DNA of 64,000 nucleotides from NCBI GenBank assembly GCA_041390305.1, contig JAWKQE010000014.1, positions 100,693 to 164,692 of the forward strand. The letters run 5' to 3'. Origin of the DNA: Candidatus Eiseniibacteriota bacterium. GTDB taxonomy: Bacteria > Eisenbacteria > RBG-16-71-46 > CAIMUX01. This document shows, in pieces, positions 38,964-49,775 of this stretch (the first letter of the stretch is position 1; the number at the start of each line of letters is the position of its first letter). Under the pieces are notes generated by a model. That model was given only the letters and a program-made list of their open reading frames with translations, did no database searches and was not told the origin of the DNA. A program made the translations under genes and the position numbers.

Positions 38964-41900
38964 TCAGTGGCAGTTGCAGAGTCGGCCGAGCGCGTCCGAC
39001 GGAACGCCGTCCAGCGGTGGGCCGGCCGGCAGTTCCCGTGCACGCGGCGCGATCTCGGCCAGCGTCCGCGCGTCGTAGAGCCGCCCGCCGACCATCGTGT
39101 AGCGGACGTTCTCCGACCGGCGGAGATCCGCGAGGAGATCGCCCTCCACCACGATGAGGTCCGCGAGCATGCCGGGGCCGAGCGAACCGACCGCTCCATC
39201 CAACCCGAGCGCCTTCGCGCCCATCCAGGTGGCCGCCCGGAGCGCCTGGTACGGCGTCATCCCGCCCTGCTCGAACATCCAGAGTTCCCAGTGCACCCCC
39301 AGCCCCTGGAGTTGGCCATGCGCTCCGATCTCGGTGAGTCCACCCCGACGGACGTTCTCCGCCGCGGTCTTCGCGAGCTCGAAGTGGTAGAGCTCCTCGT
39401 CCGGCACGAGCGTGCGCCGACGCGAGCGCGGGTCGACGACGCTGCGCGGGACGAACTGGAGCAGCCGCTCGTTCTCCCAGACGTTCGTCTCCTGGTACCA
39501 GTAGTTCTCGCCCCAGTTGCCCCCGTAGCCGACGATCAGTGTCGGCGTGTAGGCAGTGCCGTGCGCGAGCAGGCGGAGTTCGGGATCGTAGAGCGGCGCG
39601 ATCGGGATCGAATGTTCGAGCGTCGTGTGCCCGTCGATCAGGTGGGTGAGGTTGTGATGGAAGGTCGAGCCGCCCTCCGGAACGACGAGCATCCCGAGTT
39701 CGTGTCCCGCCTTCACCACCATCTGCCGCTGCTCCCGCCGCGGTTGGTTGTAGCTCTTGACGCTGAACGCTCCCCAGGCGCGCGTGCGCTCGAGAGCGTC
39801 CTTTGCGTCCTGGTAGGAGTCGATCACGGTCTTGAAGCCGCCGTCCGCGCCGTAGAGGATCGTGCCGGTGCTGAAGATCCGAGGGCCGAGCAGCCTTCCG
39901 GACCGAACCCGTTCGGCCGACCCGAAGATCATCTGGGTGTCGTTGCTCGGGTCGTGCGTCGTGGTCACACCGAAGGCGAGGTTTGCGAGAAACGCCCAGT
40001 TCTGTTCGGCATGGATCCCCGAGTTGCTCGATCCCGTGTGCGCGTGGGCATCGATCAGCCCAGGGAGCACGGTCGTCCCGGCCACGTCGATCACGGTCGC
40101 GCTCACCGGTACCGGAACCTCCGCCCTCGTCCCAACCGCCGCGATCCTTCCGCCCAGCACGTGGACGACGCCGTCTTCGATCACGAGTTCGTCGTTCGAC
40201 GTCATCGGCAGTACGCGTCCGCCGACCAGGTAGAGGTCGGTGTTCGGAACGTCGACCGGTTCGTCCCACCCGAGGGAGAACGACGTGAGCCCCGCCCGGT
40301 CACGCCAGTCGGACTCGTCGTCTGACTCGTCGTCGGACGACGCGCCGCCTTCGGCATTCTCGGGCGTTTCGACGTAGAGTTCCGCGACGGCCTGTTCGTG
40401 CAGCTCCGGCCCGAGGGACCAACGCACCCGCGTACCGTCTTCCGACCACGTCAGGTAGGTCCCCGCCGGTCCGCCGAGCGCGCGCACCGGGAGGGAGTTC
40501 ATCGAAGGTGACACGTCGATCGACCGAGCCGAGAGAGGGAACGGCACGACGTACGTCTTCCAGAGTTCCTCGAACGCAAGCCAGTTCTCGTCCGGCGAGA
40601 GTGCGAAGTCCTGGGCGTAGGTCGAGGTCGCATGGACCCGGCGATCGGATCCGAGGAGATCGACACTCACGAGCGCCGACTTCTCCCCCTCACCGGACTG
40701 GAGGAAGAGCCGCGTACCGTCCCGCGAGAAGCGGGGCTTCGTCCCCTCGCGCGTGACGAGGCGGCCGTTCGTCGCCGCGGCGTCGCGCTTCGGTAGGTCG
40801 TAGAGGTAGACGCCGGGCTCCTCGTCCCAGACGAAGCCGCGGTACCCGTCCCCGCCGACGCGCTCCACCACGAGCCGCCGTCCGTCGTTCGAGAGCCGTG
40901 CCGACGCATAGTGCCCGGGGCGCGAGACGAGCTCCACCGACTTCCCGCCCCCGATCGGGACGGACCGGACCCGTCCCCCGGTCACGTCGTCCCACGTCGT
41001 ATAGATCACGGTCCGGCCGTCCCGAGAAATGGCCGGCGCGAGTTCGAGTTCGGACTCCTGTTTCGTCAGGCGAACCACAGGGCCGAGGATGGCAACGCGA
41101 CCTTCCGCCGGGCCGACGCCGTCGCCCTTCACCGCACTCACGCTATCTCCCTCCGTAGGGCGGACGCCATCTCCCTCCGTATTCCGTGGGACCGAACGCA
41201 CGACCTTCCGCATGTAGAGTTTGCCGAGCGCTTCGAACACGACGGACTTCCCGTCCGGCGCGAGCTGCGGCCAGCGAATGACGCGAACCGGAAACGTGTC
41301 GCCGCCGAGATCCTGCGCGAAGCGGAGCGTCTCCAGAACGGGCTGACGGACAGGGGCACGGAACGGAATCATCTCCGCCTCTCCGGTGGCAACGTCGAGC
41401 CTCCAGATCTTTCCCCGCGCCCAGAGCACGATCGACGTCCCGTCGGGAGTCCAGTCGAACGCGGGGTAGACGCCGAAGATGGCCCAGGTCTCCTGCTGAT
41501 CCCGGCTGAGCCCATCCCAGAGTGGACGGATGCTCCCGGTCGCGATGTCGAAGAGCTCGAGCACCGATTTCGCGCGTTCCCGCCGCACGAACGCAATCGA
41601 CTTCCCGTCCGGGCTCGGCGTCGGCCGAACCGCGCCGCCCGGCACACGGATCAGGTTCCTCACCTCGCCGGTCTCGAGCTCGAGCCGCCGGATCACATAG
41701 ATCGTTCCGTTCGGATCCTTGTTGTACTGGAAGGACGAACCACCCGACATGTCCTCGGACCAGTAGAGGTATCGACCGTCGGGCGAGAAGACCGGTTCGC
41801 CCGCGTCCTGCTGGTCGTTCTTCCGCTCCGTGAGCTGGACGCCGCCACCACCACCGGGGACGCGATACATCCACATCTCGCCCGCGCCGAGGCTCCGGTA

Positions 41901-42365
41901 GCTCGTGAAGTGCTTCCGCGCGACCACGTACTCGCCGGAAGGATGCCAGGTCGGCGAGTTGAGGAGCCGGAAGGTCTCCTTGGTCAGCGCTTCCCGCCCG
42001 GTCCCATCCGCGTTCATGGTCCAGATGTTGTCACCACCGCCTCGATCGCTCGTGAACGCGATCCGGGTTCCGTCGGGAGACCAGCGCGGCTGCGTCTCGT
42101 GCGAGAGTCCGCGGGAAATCGGCGCCGCATCCCCACCCTCGATCGGCAGGGTGTAGATGTCACCCATCAGATCGAAGACGATCCGGTCGCCGGAAGGGTG
42201 GACGTCGATCGAGATCCACGTGCCCTCTTCCGCCGTGAAAGAGAGAGTATCGGCAGGGACTCCGGGCGACTCGACATCCCACGAGTCCGCCTCCTTCCCC
42301 GCGACGGTACCAGAGATCCCCGCACACACACCGAGCAGCAGCGAAAGCGCCGCGACGCGTCTCAT
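38964..42365 (-). CDS. secreted TolB-like (PD40/WD40 beta-propeller) plus amidohydrolase fusion protein
   Basis: Signal peptide MRRVAALSLLLGVCAGISGTVAG. It has repeated PxWSPDG-type PD40 motifs (PRWSPDGTRIAF, FSPDGRYLY, PSPDGKSIAF, LAPDGKSVVF). The C-terminus is an amidohydrolase fold (LPGLIDAHAHTG ... HG...). Confidence 0.75.
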   Translation of the reverse strand: MRRVAALSLLLGVCAGISGTVAGKEADSWDVESPGVPADTLSFTAEEGTWISIDVHPSGDRIVFDLMGDIYTLPIEGGDAAPISRGLSHETQPRWSPDGTRIAFTSDRGGGDNIWTMNADGTGREALTKETFRLLNSPTWHPSGEYVVARKHFTSYRSLGAGEMWMYRVPGGGGGVQLTERKNDQQDAGEPVFSPDGRYLYWSEDMSGGSSFQYNKDPNGTIYVIRRLELETGEVRNLIRVPGGAVRPTPSPDGKSIAFVRRERAKSVLELFDIATGSIRPLWDGLSRDQQETWAIFGVYPAFDWTPDGTSIVLWARGKIWRLDVATGEAEMIPFRAPVRQPVLETLRFAQDLGGDTFPVRVIRWPQLAPDGKSVVFEALGKLYMRKVVRSVPRNTEGDGVRPTEGDSVSAVKGDGVGPAEGRVAILGPVVRLTKQESELELAPAISRDGRTVIYTTWDDVTGGRVRSVPIGGGKSVELVSRPGHYASARLSNDGRRLVVERVGGDGYRGFVWDEEPGVYLYDLPKRDAAATNGRLVTREGTKPRFSRDGTRLFLQSGEGEKSALVSVDLLGSDRRVHATSTYAQDFALSPDENWLAFEELWKTYVVPFPLSARSIDVSPSMNSLPVRALGGPAGTYLTWSEDGTRVRWSLGPELHEQAVAELYVETPENAEGGASSDDESDDESDWRDRAGLTSFSLGWDEPVDVPNTDLYLVGGRVLPMTSNDELVIEDGVVHVLGGRIAAVGTRAEVPVPVSATVIDVAGTTVLPGLIDAHAHTGSSNSGIHAEQNWAFLANLAFGVTTTHDPSNDTQMIFGSAERVRSGRLLGPRIFSTGTILYGADGGFKTVIDSYQDAKDALERTRAWGAFSVKSYNQPRREQRQMVVKAGHELGMLVVPEGGSTFHHNLTHLIDGHTTLEHSIPIAPLYDPELRLLAHGTAYTPTLIVGYGGNWGENYWYQETNVWENERLLQFVPRSVVDPRSRRRTLVPDEELYHFELAKTAAENVRRGGLTEIGAHGQLQGLGVHWELWMFEQGGMTPYQALRAATWMGAKALGLDGAVGSLGPGMLADLIVVEGDLLADLRRSENVRYTMVGGRLYDARTLAEIAPRARELPAGPPLDGVPSDALGRLCNCH

Positions 42366-42488
42366 CGGAATCCTCCTCGAAGGCCACGAGCCACGCCTGC
42401 CGCGAACACGCAGGCGGCAACCAGAACGGGCGCGGCGGAAGCGCTCTCGCAGGCCGCGCCGGGCGATTCTCGGCGAAGTAGAGGCCGT

Positions 42489-43811
42489 CTATTCGATCGG
42501 ATGGGCAGGAGTCACGACGCCACGGCACTCGCCGAACCCGACCCGGTAGCCATCTCCCTCGGCCCACCCGCGCAGGATGAGCTCATCCCCGTCGAGAAGG
42601 AACTTCCGCTCCTCTCCCGACGGGAGCGCCAGCGGCTCCGAGCCGCGCCACGTGAGCTCCAGGAGGGACCCTCGCTCGTCCTTCTCCGGGCCGCTGATCG
42701 TGCCCGAAGCGAAGAGATCCCCTGGACGCGTGTTGCATCCGGTCACGGTGTGATGGGCGAGCTGCTGACAGACGTTCCAGTACATGTAGCGGAAGTTCGA
42801 CCGCGAGATCCGCGCCGGCTCCGTCATCTTCGGGGTGCAGAGGAGGACGTCGAGCACGATGTCGTACGACCAGTCTCCCGTGCTCTTCAGGTAGGGCAGC
42901 GGCTCGGGATCCTGTGTCGGGCCCGGCTTCCGGAACGGCTCCAGCGCCTCCATCGTCACGATCCAGGGGGAGATGGTGGTCGCGAAGTTCTTGGCCAGGA
43001 ACGGACCGAGCGGCTGGTACTCCCACTTCTGGATGTCCCGTGCGCTCCAGTCGTTCACGAGCACCATGCCGAAGAGATGACGATGCGCGTCTCCCACCGC
43101 GATCGGGTCGCCGAGCGTCGAGCCCGGACCGACGAACACGCCCATCTCGAGTTCGAAGTCGAGGAGACGGGACGGGCCGAAGGAAGGCGACTCCGCGTCG
43201 TCCGCTTTCGTCTGCCCCGAAGGCCGCCGCACCGGAGTCCCCGACACGACGACCGAACTCGCACGGCCGTGATACGCGACCGGGAGATGGAGCCAGTTCG
43301 GCATGAGCGCATTCTCTTTGCCGCGGAACATGATGCCGACGTTCGTCGCGTGCTCGCGCGAAGAGTAGAAGTCAGTGTAGTCGCCGATCGTGATGGGAAG
43401 GAGCAGCTCACAGTCCGCGGCCGGGAGAAGGGCTCTCTGTCTCAGCGCGCCGTCGTCCCGCAGACGGGGGTTGTCGTCGCGGAGCAGCTCCGAGAGCGTC
43501 CTCCGTACCGCACTCCACGCCTCCTGACCGAGCGCCGCGAACCCGTTGAGGTCCGGCCGCGAGAAGACGCCGTTCTCCCCACGCACCTCGCCTGCGCACG
43601 GCGTCCCGTCGAAGATGCCGGCCGTCGCGAGGATCGAGAGATCGACGATGAAGTCGCCGATCGCGACGCCGGCGCGCGGACGCGCGTCCGCACCGGATCC
43701 GCGGGGACGGAACACGCCGAACGGCAGGTTCTGGATCGGGAAGTCGGACTCTGCCTCCACGGGAACGAAGGAACGGAGCTTGGGATCGTGAGTCTCATTC
43801 AGCTGGGTCAT
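42489..43811 (-). CDS. fahA: fumarylacetoacetase
   Basis: Start at [18 protein letters not shown]...[11 protein letters not shown]. It has [59 protein letters not shown] lies upstream of the ATG. Confidence 0.85.
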   Translation of the reverse strand: MTQLNETHDPKLRSFVPVEAESDFPIQNLPFGVFRPRGSGADARPRAGVAIGDFIVDLSILATAGIFDGTPCAGEVRGENGVFSRPDLNGFAALGQEAWSAVRRTLSELLRDDNPRLRDDGALRQRALLPAADCELLLPITIGDYTDFYSSREHATNVGIMFRGKENALMPNWLHLPVAYHGRASSVVVSGTPVRRPSGQTKADDAESPSFGPSRLLDFELEMGVFVGPGSTLGDPIAVGDAHRHLFGMVLVNDWSARDIQKWEYQPLGPFLAKNFATTISPWIVTMEALEPFRKPGPTQDPEPLPYLKSTGDWSYDIVLDVLLCTPKMTEPARISRSNFRYMYWNVCQQLAHHTVTGCNTRPGDLFASGTISGPEKDERGSLLELTWRGSEPLALPSGEERKFLLDGDELILRGWAEGDGYRVGFGECRGVVTPAHPIE

Positions 43812-43885
43812 CGAATCTCCTCTGGATGACTCGGGAGCCCCAAACGTGTGTAGCGGGACGCCATCCGGTAGATCTCGGGTCGGTT

Positions 43886-44832
43886 TCAGAGCCAACCGAG
43901 CGCGCGCAGATCCTCGCACGGCTCGGAGAAGCTGCAGCTGCCGTAGGAAGCCACCTGCCCCGACCGGAGCTCGCGTATCCGCTCCGTGCCGAGAGTGTGT
44001 CCTTCCCAGGTGAGTGCCTCGCCCGTCCATTGGAAGCTCTCCGCGCGTCGCTCCGCCAGGAGCGCGCGGAGTTCCGTCCCGGCGAGCCCGGCAGACGCGA
44101 AGAGTGCACCCGCAAAAACGTTGATGAAACCATGCATCTCCACGTCCAGCGGGCCGGGGTGATGACGGATCGGGTGGTGGAGCCCCGCGGTCGCCTTGAA
44201 GGGAACCGCGCGCCGACGGCTCGCCTCGATGAACGCGGCGACTTCGTCGACGGACGGAAAGGCGGGAGCGGTGACGCCCCCGCAGCGGACTTCATGCCGA
44301 AGTTCGGGCCACTCGCGTCCTCGCGAACGCGCGCGAGTGCGTCCGCGGTGTTGGCCAGCATCGCGCTCCAGCCGGCCCCCCGGGCCGGCTCGACGAAGAC
44401 GTCCATCTGCCTCTCCCCGACTTCCGCGGCAAGCGTCTCCACCCACTCGCGCGTCGCGCCCGGATCGAGCGCGACGGAAGACGGCAGTCGGATCTCGATC
44501 CCGGAGACGCCCACGACGTCGCCCTCCCCCATGAACGCCTCGATCGCCGCGAAGTCCTCGCGCAGGGACGCTGCCAGCACGTCGACCTCACCGCCGCGCG
44601 GAAGCACGACGAAACGCCACGGCCCGTGCCCGCCGGTGAAGGAATCACGCCGCTCCGCGAGATCGCCGAGGCGGCCGACCGGAACGATGAAGTCCCCGAG
44701 CATCCACGCGTCGTCACTCCCGCGGTGGGATCCGTACTCGCGAAGCGCGGAGTCGAGGTCCAGTTCGGCCGGAGGAAAGAGACCGGCATAACCGATCAGC
44801 CCTTCCACGAGGGCACGGAGGGATGCCTGCAT
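43886..44832 (-). pseudogene. conserved hypothetical protein, one frameshift near 44288-44293
   Basis: The N-terminal part sits in the frame of ORF 43795..45666 from MQASLRALVEGLIGYAGLFPP... to ...GPNFGMK. The C-terminal part sits in ORF 43886..44446 ([42 protein letters not shown]...). A single missing nucleotide joins them. Confidence 0.55.
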
Positions 44833-44852
44833 GTTCCTGAACGCCTCCCTGG

Positions 44853-46289
44853 CTACTCGGTCTCGACGAAGCGGCGGGCGAACTGGACGAACCGGTAGAC
44901 GTCCCGGAACGTGCTGGCGAGCCCGACCGAAACCCGCACCGCACCGGTGCTCTTCCCGTCCACGCACATCCGGAAGTCCTGCACGGTGAAACTCCCTGCT
45001 TCCACGATGTGCGGCTGGGTGAAGCACCCGACGAGTTCGTTCTTCGAGATGTCGAGCGCGACCTCTCCCCCACCCGGATTGCAGAAGCAGCCCGTCCGGA
45101 GCGAGATGTTGTCCCGCGCCGCCTCCTGCTCGACCCGAAGGTGGTCGATCACCTCGCCGTTCGGGCCGTAGAAGTTCATGGTGACGGTACCCCCGCGGTG
45201 GTCGGTGGTGCAGGGGCCGTAGATGCGGGTGAGGGGGCGGCCGTTCTTCCAGCGGATCTTGGGAAGTTCGTGAAGGAGCCAGTCGGTGAGACAACAACAT
45301 CGTTCGTGGATCGTGTCCATCCCGACCGAATCGAGGTAGTCGAGCCCGATCTCGACCGCCGGAATGTTGAGGTAGTTGAGCGTCCCGTCCTCGAACGCGG
45401 CCTCCCCTTCGGCCATATAGAACCGGTCCCCCTGGACCGACGCGACCGTGATCGTGCCCCCGGAGAACCAGGGGCGATGGAGCTTGGCCAACTTCGATCG
45501 CTTCGCGACCAGGGCACCGATCCCCGTCGGGTAACCGAACATCTTGTAGAAAGAGAGCGAGACGAAGTCCGGTTGGTGGACGGAGAGGTCGAGGGTGTTC
45601 GTCGGAACGAAGGCCGCCCCATCGAGGAGGACATCCCAACCCTCGCGCTGCGCCTCCCCGATCCATTCGAGCGGGTGCTGGACGCCCGAGAAGTTCGACT
45701 GGGCCGGATAGGCGAAGAGGTCGTTCTTCCCACCCTTCCGCTCCGTGATGTAGCGGCGGAACTCCGCCTTCGGCGTGCGCATGTTCGGGAGGCCGAGCGG
45801 GATGTAGGAGATCTCCGCGCCCCTCGCCCGCGCGTACTCACGGATGCCGTTCACCGAGTTGTGGTTGTCGAACGTCATCAGGTAGTGGCTGCCTTGGCAG
45901 AAGGGATAGCTCTCCCCGACGAGCTTCAGGGCATGGGACGCATTCGACGTGAAGATCACCGCGTAGTCGGACGGGCTCGCGTGGAAGAAGTCGAGCACGC
46001 GCTTCCGGGCCCGCTCGCACATCTCGGTCATGAGCGACGAGGTCGGATTGTGGGAGTGCGGATTCCCGAAGACGTGGTGGTTCAGGAGATCGTGGTGCCG
46101 CCGGATCTGTGACTCCGCGTAGAGACCGCCTCCGGTGTAGTCCAGGTACGCATGTTCGGCCGCGTCCAGACGCGCAAAGTCGCGCTCACGGAGCTCGTCG
46201 CAGGCTTGGGTGGTCGCGTACTCGGGATGGGTGTCCCGGAAGTCGGCCTCGGCTTGATCGAAGGCGGTCTCGTCGAGCTGGACGGTCAT
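44853..46289 (-). CDS. class V aminotransferase-fold PLP enzyme, MOCOS/NifS-like
   Basis: Start at MTVQLDETAF. The pattern resembles the N-terminal domain of molybdenum cofactor sulfurases (YLDYTGGGLY, HNPTS, FTSNASHALKLV, SLSFYKMFGYPTGIGALV, SLRTGCFCNPGG). Confidence 0.65.
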   Translation of the reverse strand: MTVQLDETAFDQAEADFRDTHPEYATTQACDELRERDFARLDAAEHAYLDYTGGGLYAESQIRRHHDLLNHHVFGNPHSHNPTSSLMTEMCERARKRVLDFFHASPSDYAVIFTSNASHALKLVGESYPFCQGSHYLMTFDNHNSVNGIREYARARGAEISYIPLGLPNMRTPKAEFRRYITERKGGKNDLFAYPAQSNFSGVQHPLEWIGEAQREGWDVLLDGAAFVPTNTLDLSVHQPDFVSLSFYKMFGYPTGIGALVAKRSKLAKLHRPWFSGGTITVASVQGDRFYMAEGEAAFEDGTLNYLNIPAVEIGLDYLDSVGMDTIHERCCCLTDWLLHELPKIRWKNGRPLTRIYGPCTTDHRGGTVTMNFYGPNGEVIDHLRVEQEAARDNISLRTGCFCNPGGGEVALDISKNELVGCFTQPHIVEAGSFTVQDFRMCVDGKSTGAVRVSVGLASTFRDVYRFVQFARRFVETE

Positions 46290-46596
46290 GCGCACTCCTC
46301 GTCGTCCTCGGGTTTCGGGCGGAAAGCCCCAGGAGGGGCCCCGACCGAGGAGTCTAGCGGAACGGGAAAGAAGACCCAACTGACGACGGAGCACGGCTGC
46401 GTCTTCAAACCCTGTTGGGCCGTCCTCGTGCGGGTCCGCAAAATGACCCACGCCCAGAAGTTCCAGTGTCGTTGGAGGATCCAAACACGGCAACGGACAT
46501 CCCAGGATTCCTCTGAAGCGGCGCGCGAGCGGGGCCGAACTACTCCCTCGAACCAAATCTCGACGAATCGTCTCCATGAAGAGAGGAAACTGACCC

Positions 46597-47763
46597 ATGA
46601 ACAGACGTCTCCTGCCGGCACTCGGCCTCGTCGGATCACTCGCGTTCTTCGGTTGTGCGGAGAAGGAGACGGAGAGCCCGATGGGCCCCGGTGGCGGAAT
46701 CCTCACGACCGTCGACGACCCCTGCGGAGAGGTCACCAGCGTCCGGCTTCTCGCCGGCCAGACCATCGACGTCGGGACCGTGACCGTCGAGAACGACGGA
46801 GTGGAGCTCTGCGTCACGTATCAGACCAGCGGTGACTGGCTGCTCTACGAGACCCACCTCGACATCCGGCTCGAGCTAGGAGACGTTCCCCAGACGAAGT
46901 CCGGGAATCCGAAGGTCGGGAAGTTCGCGCACTCCCACGACCTCTCCGGCGTGACGTCCGACGAGTACTGCTTCTCCCTCTCCGAGCTCGGATACACTTC
47001 CGGCATGAACCTGGTCGTGGCTGCCCACGGAGTCGTCGAGCGCGTCGTCGATGGACAGAGCGTCCAGGAAGAGACCGCATGGGGCGAAGGTCCGGAGTTC
47101 CCCGGGAACAGCTGGGCCATGTACCTCGGCCACACCGTTCAGGAGTGCAACGAGGACCCGCCGTTCGAAGAGGGTGACTTCACGACCCACACCCAGGGTG
47201 AGTGGGGCGGCGAGTGCCTCGACCCGAGCGACCCCTCGTGCTACCTCATCGACCACTGGTTCGACTGCCTGAGCGACGGCGAATCCGCCACGCTCGTGAT
47301 CGGCTGTCTCGAGCTCGGTGGAGAGACGATCACGTTCAACACGCCGGAGTCCCTCATCGACTACCTGCCGATCTTCGGTTCGTCCCAGGCGCTGGTCGAC
47401 AGCTACTACGACCCGCAGCTGATCGAGGACGAGGAAGGCAGCTTCTGGCAGGGCGGCGAAGGTGGCGAACTGGTCGGACAGATCGTCGCGCTCCAGCTCA
47501 ACATCGCATTCGACTCCTGTGACCCGGACTTCGGCGTCAGCGAAGCCTCGTTCGGCGAACTCCTCGTCTGCGCCGAAGACAGCCCGTTCTTCGGCTCGAC
47601 GGTCGAGGCCGTCCTCGCCGAGGCCAACAGCGCCATCGGCGGCTGCGGAAGCGTCTACACGTACGAGGAGCTGACGGCAGCCCTCGCCGCGATCAACGAG
47701 ACCTTCGTTCCTGGTGAGCCGGTCGGAAGCTACGTCTGCACCGGCGGCGGGGAACCCGAGTAA
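46597..47763 (+). CDS. lipoprotein of unknown function
   Basis: Signal peptide with lipobox (LVGSLAFFGC). The protein is acidic and Cys-containing. No family was recognised. Confidence 0.6.
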   Translation: MNRRLLPALGLVGSLAFFGCAEKETESPMGPGGGILTTVDDPCGEVTSVRLLAGQTIDVGTVTVENDGVELCVTYQTSGDWLLYETHLDIRLELGDVPQTKSGNPKVGKFAHSHDLSGVTSDEYCFSLSELGYTSGMNLVVAAHGVVERVVDGQSVQEETAWGEGPEFPGNSWAMYLGHTVQECNEDPPFEEGDFTTHTQGEWGGECLDPSDPSCYLIDHWFDCLSDGESATLVIGCLELGGETITFNTPESLIDYLPIFGSSQALVDSYYDPQLIEDEEGSFWQGGEGGELVGQIVALQLNIAFDSCDPDFGVSEASFGELLVCAEDSPFFGSTVEAVLAEANSAIGGCGSVYTYEELTAALAAINETFVPGEPVGSYVCTGGGEPE

Positions 47764-47800
47764 GCGAGAGTCACTCTCGAAGCCGTACTCGGGCACGATG

Positions 47801-47838
47801 GAGACGGGGGGCAGCTCGCATGAGCTGTCCCCCGTTTC
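47801..47838. terminator. strong bidirectional stem-loop between convergent genes
   Basis: GAGACGGGGGGCAGCTC (47801-47817), loop GCAT, GAGCTGTCCCCCGTTTC (47822-47838). This is a 17-bp stem with two G-U positions, followed by gTTcgg. Confidence 0.6.
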
Positions 47839-47927
47839 GTTCGGGTCGTTGCGGAGGTCCTGGGGATCCGGAGCCGGCGACTCGAGAGCAAGGGCCGCCT
47901 GGCTCGTCGACGGGCGGAACTCACTCC

Positions 47928-49764
47928 CTAGGGAGCGAAGGGGTAGCCTTCCTTCTCGGCGACGTAGCCACCCAGCTTCCGGCTCGCGTCCACCAGATTC
48001 GGCGGCTCCCGACGAAGCAGCTTCTTCAGCATCGAGAGAGAGCTCCGGAGTTCCTCACCCTCGTGGCTCGCCGACAGCACTGCCTTCGCGTTCCGCTCGC
48101 AGAGGGCGAACCCCTCGTCCACCGCGAGCTGGACCGCGGCGACCCGGGCCGCCTGATCGGCTTCACCGCGCAGTGTCCCCACCTTGAGCGTCCGGAGGAG
48201 TGCGCTCTCCATCGCGTAGACCTGGATCGTCATGTCAGAGAGCCAGGCGATGATCTCCTGCTGGTTCTGGAGACCCATGGTGCTTCTGCGCCGCCACCGG
48301 AAGCGAAGAGCGTCATCTTCTTGCAGAGCGCGATCGCTTCGCGCGCAGCCTCCGCGCCGAGGAACCCTCGGGGGGTTCGCCCCGCCCGCGCCGCTCCATG
48401 AGCTCACCTGTCAGCGTCTTGATCGCACCCATGAGGGGGAGCTGACCCTTCATCGCGCGGCTCATGAGGGTGCCGGTGATGATGAGTCGGTTGACTTCGC
48501 TCGTGCCTTCCCAGATCCGGTTGATCCGGGCGTCGCGGTACATCCTCTCCACCGGATACTCGGCGATGAACCCGTACCCGCCGTGGACCTGGACCATCTC
48601 GTCGACCACCCAGTCGAGCGCTTCGGAGCCGTAGACCTTGTTGATCGAACACTCGACGGCGAGCTCCTTGAGCGCCTCGACCGTCGGCTCGGCCGGGTCC
48701 ATCTCCGCGGCTTCGGGGCGGGACTTGATCTCGTCCGCGAGGTCGTCGATCACTCCGGAAGCACGATAGAACATCGACTCGGCACAGTAGATCCGCATTG
48801 CGGAGCCGGCGAGCTTCTGCCGGATGAGGCCGAACGTGCTGAGCGGCTTCCCGAACTGCTCGCGCTGGGTCGAGTAGACCGCACCTTCACGAAGCGCGAG
48901 CTTCGCGCCACCGAGCGCAGCCGGGGCGAGCTTGAGTCGCCCGATGTTGAGGACGTTGAACGCGATCCGGTGACCCTTCCCCACCTCGCCGAGGATGTTC
49001 TCCTTCGGCACCTCGACGCTCTCGAGGATGAGGCTCCGGGTCGAAGAGCCCTTGAGGCCCATCTTCGGCTCCTCGGCCCCGGTCGAGAGGCCGGGCGTGC
49101 CCTTCTCGATGAGGAAGCAGGTGAACTGCTCCCCATCCACCTTCGCGAAGGTGATGAAGAGATCCGCGAACCCGGCGTTCGTGATGAACTGTTTCGTGCC
49201 GTTGAGCACGTAGACGCCCTTGGCCTCGTCCCACACCGCCGTCGTCCGCGCGGAGAGCGCGTCGGACCCGGAGCCGGGCTCGGTCAGCGCATAGGCAGTC
49301 AGGATCTCCCCGCTCGTGATGCCTTCGAGGTACTTCGCACGCTGCGCCTCGGACCCGAAATAGACGACGGGAAGTCCGCCGATCCCGCACTGGACGATCG
49401 CCGCAACACCGGCCGCACCCGATGACCCGAGCCATTCGGCCACCTGCATCGCGACCTTCTTGCTCGCGCCGAGCCCTTCGAGCTCCTCGGGCACGTCCAT
49501 GAGGAAGAGGCCGAGCTCGCCGAGCTGCTGGAGTAGACCCGTGATGATCCCGAGGTCCTTCTGCGTGTCGATCTCCTCGCGGAGCGGGTAGATCTTCTCG
49601 CGGCAGAACCGTCCGATCGCTTCGCCGAAGGCACGTTCCTCCTCGGAGAGGAACTCCGGGGCGAAGAAGCTGTCGAGCGCCGGCTCCTCGAGGAGGAACT
49701 GTCCGCTCTGAATGCCGGCTGCGGACGGGGCGTGAGGTTCCTTGGCCGCTGAACTGGTGCTCAT
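47928..49764 (-). pseudogene. long-form acyl-CoA dehydrogenase with C-terminal extension, two frameshifts (~48356-48376 and ~48275-48300)
   Basis: The ACAD core is in ORF 48313..49830 from MSTSSAAKEP (AAGGAG upstream), with TEPGSGSD and YPVERMYRDARINRIWEGTSEVNRL. A middle segment FLGAEAAREAIALCKKMTLFASGG is in a second frame. The tail GLQNQQEIIAWLSDMTIQVYAMESALLRT... is in ORF 47928..48407. The first shift sits next to a G6 run. Confidence 0.7.
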
Positions 49765-49775
49765 CTCTCGTCTCC

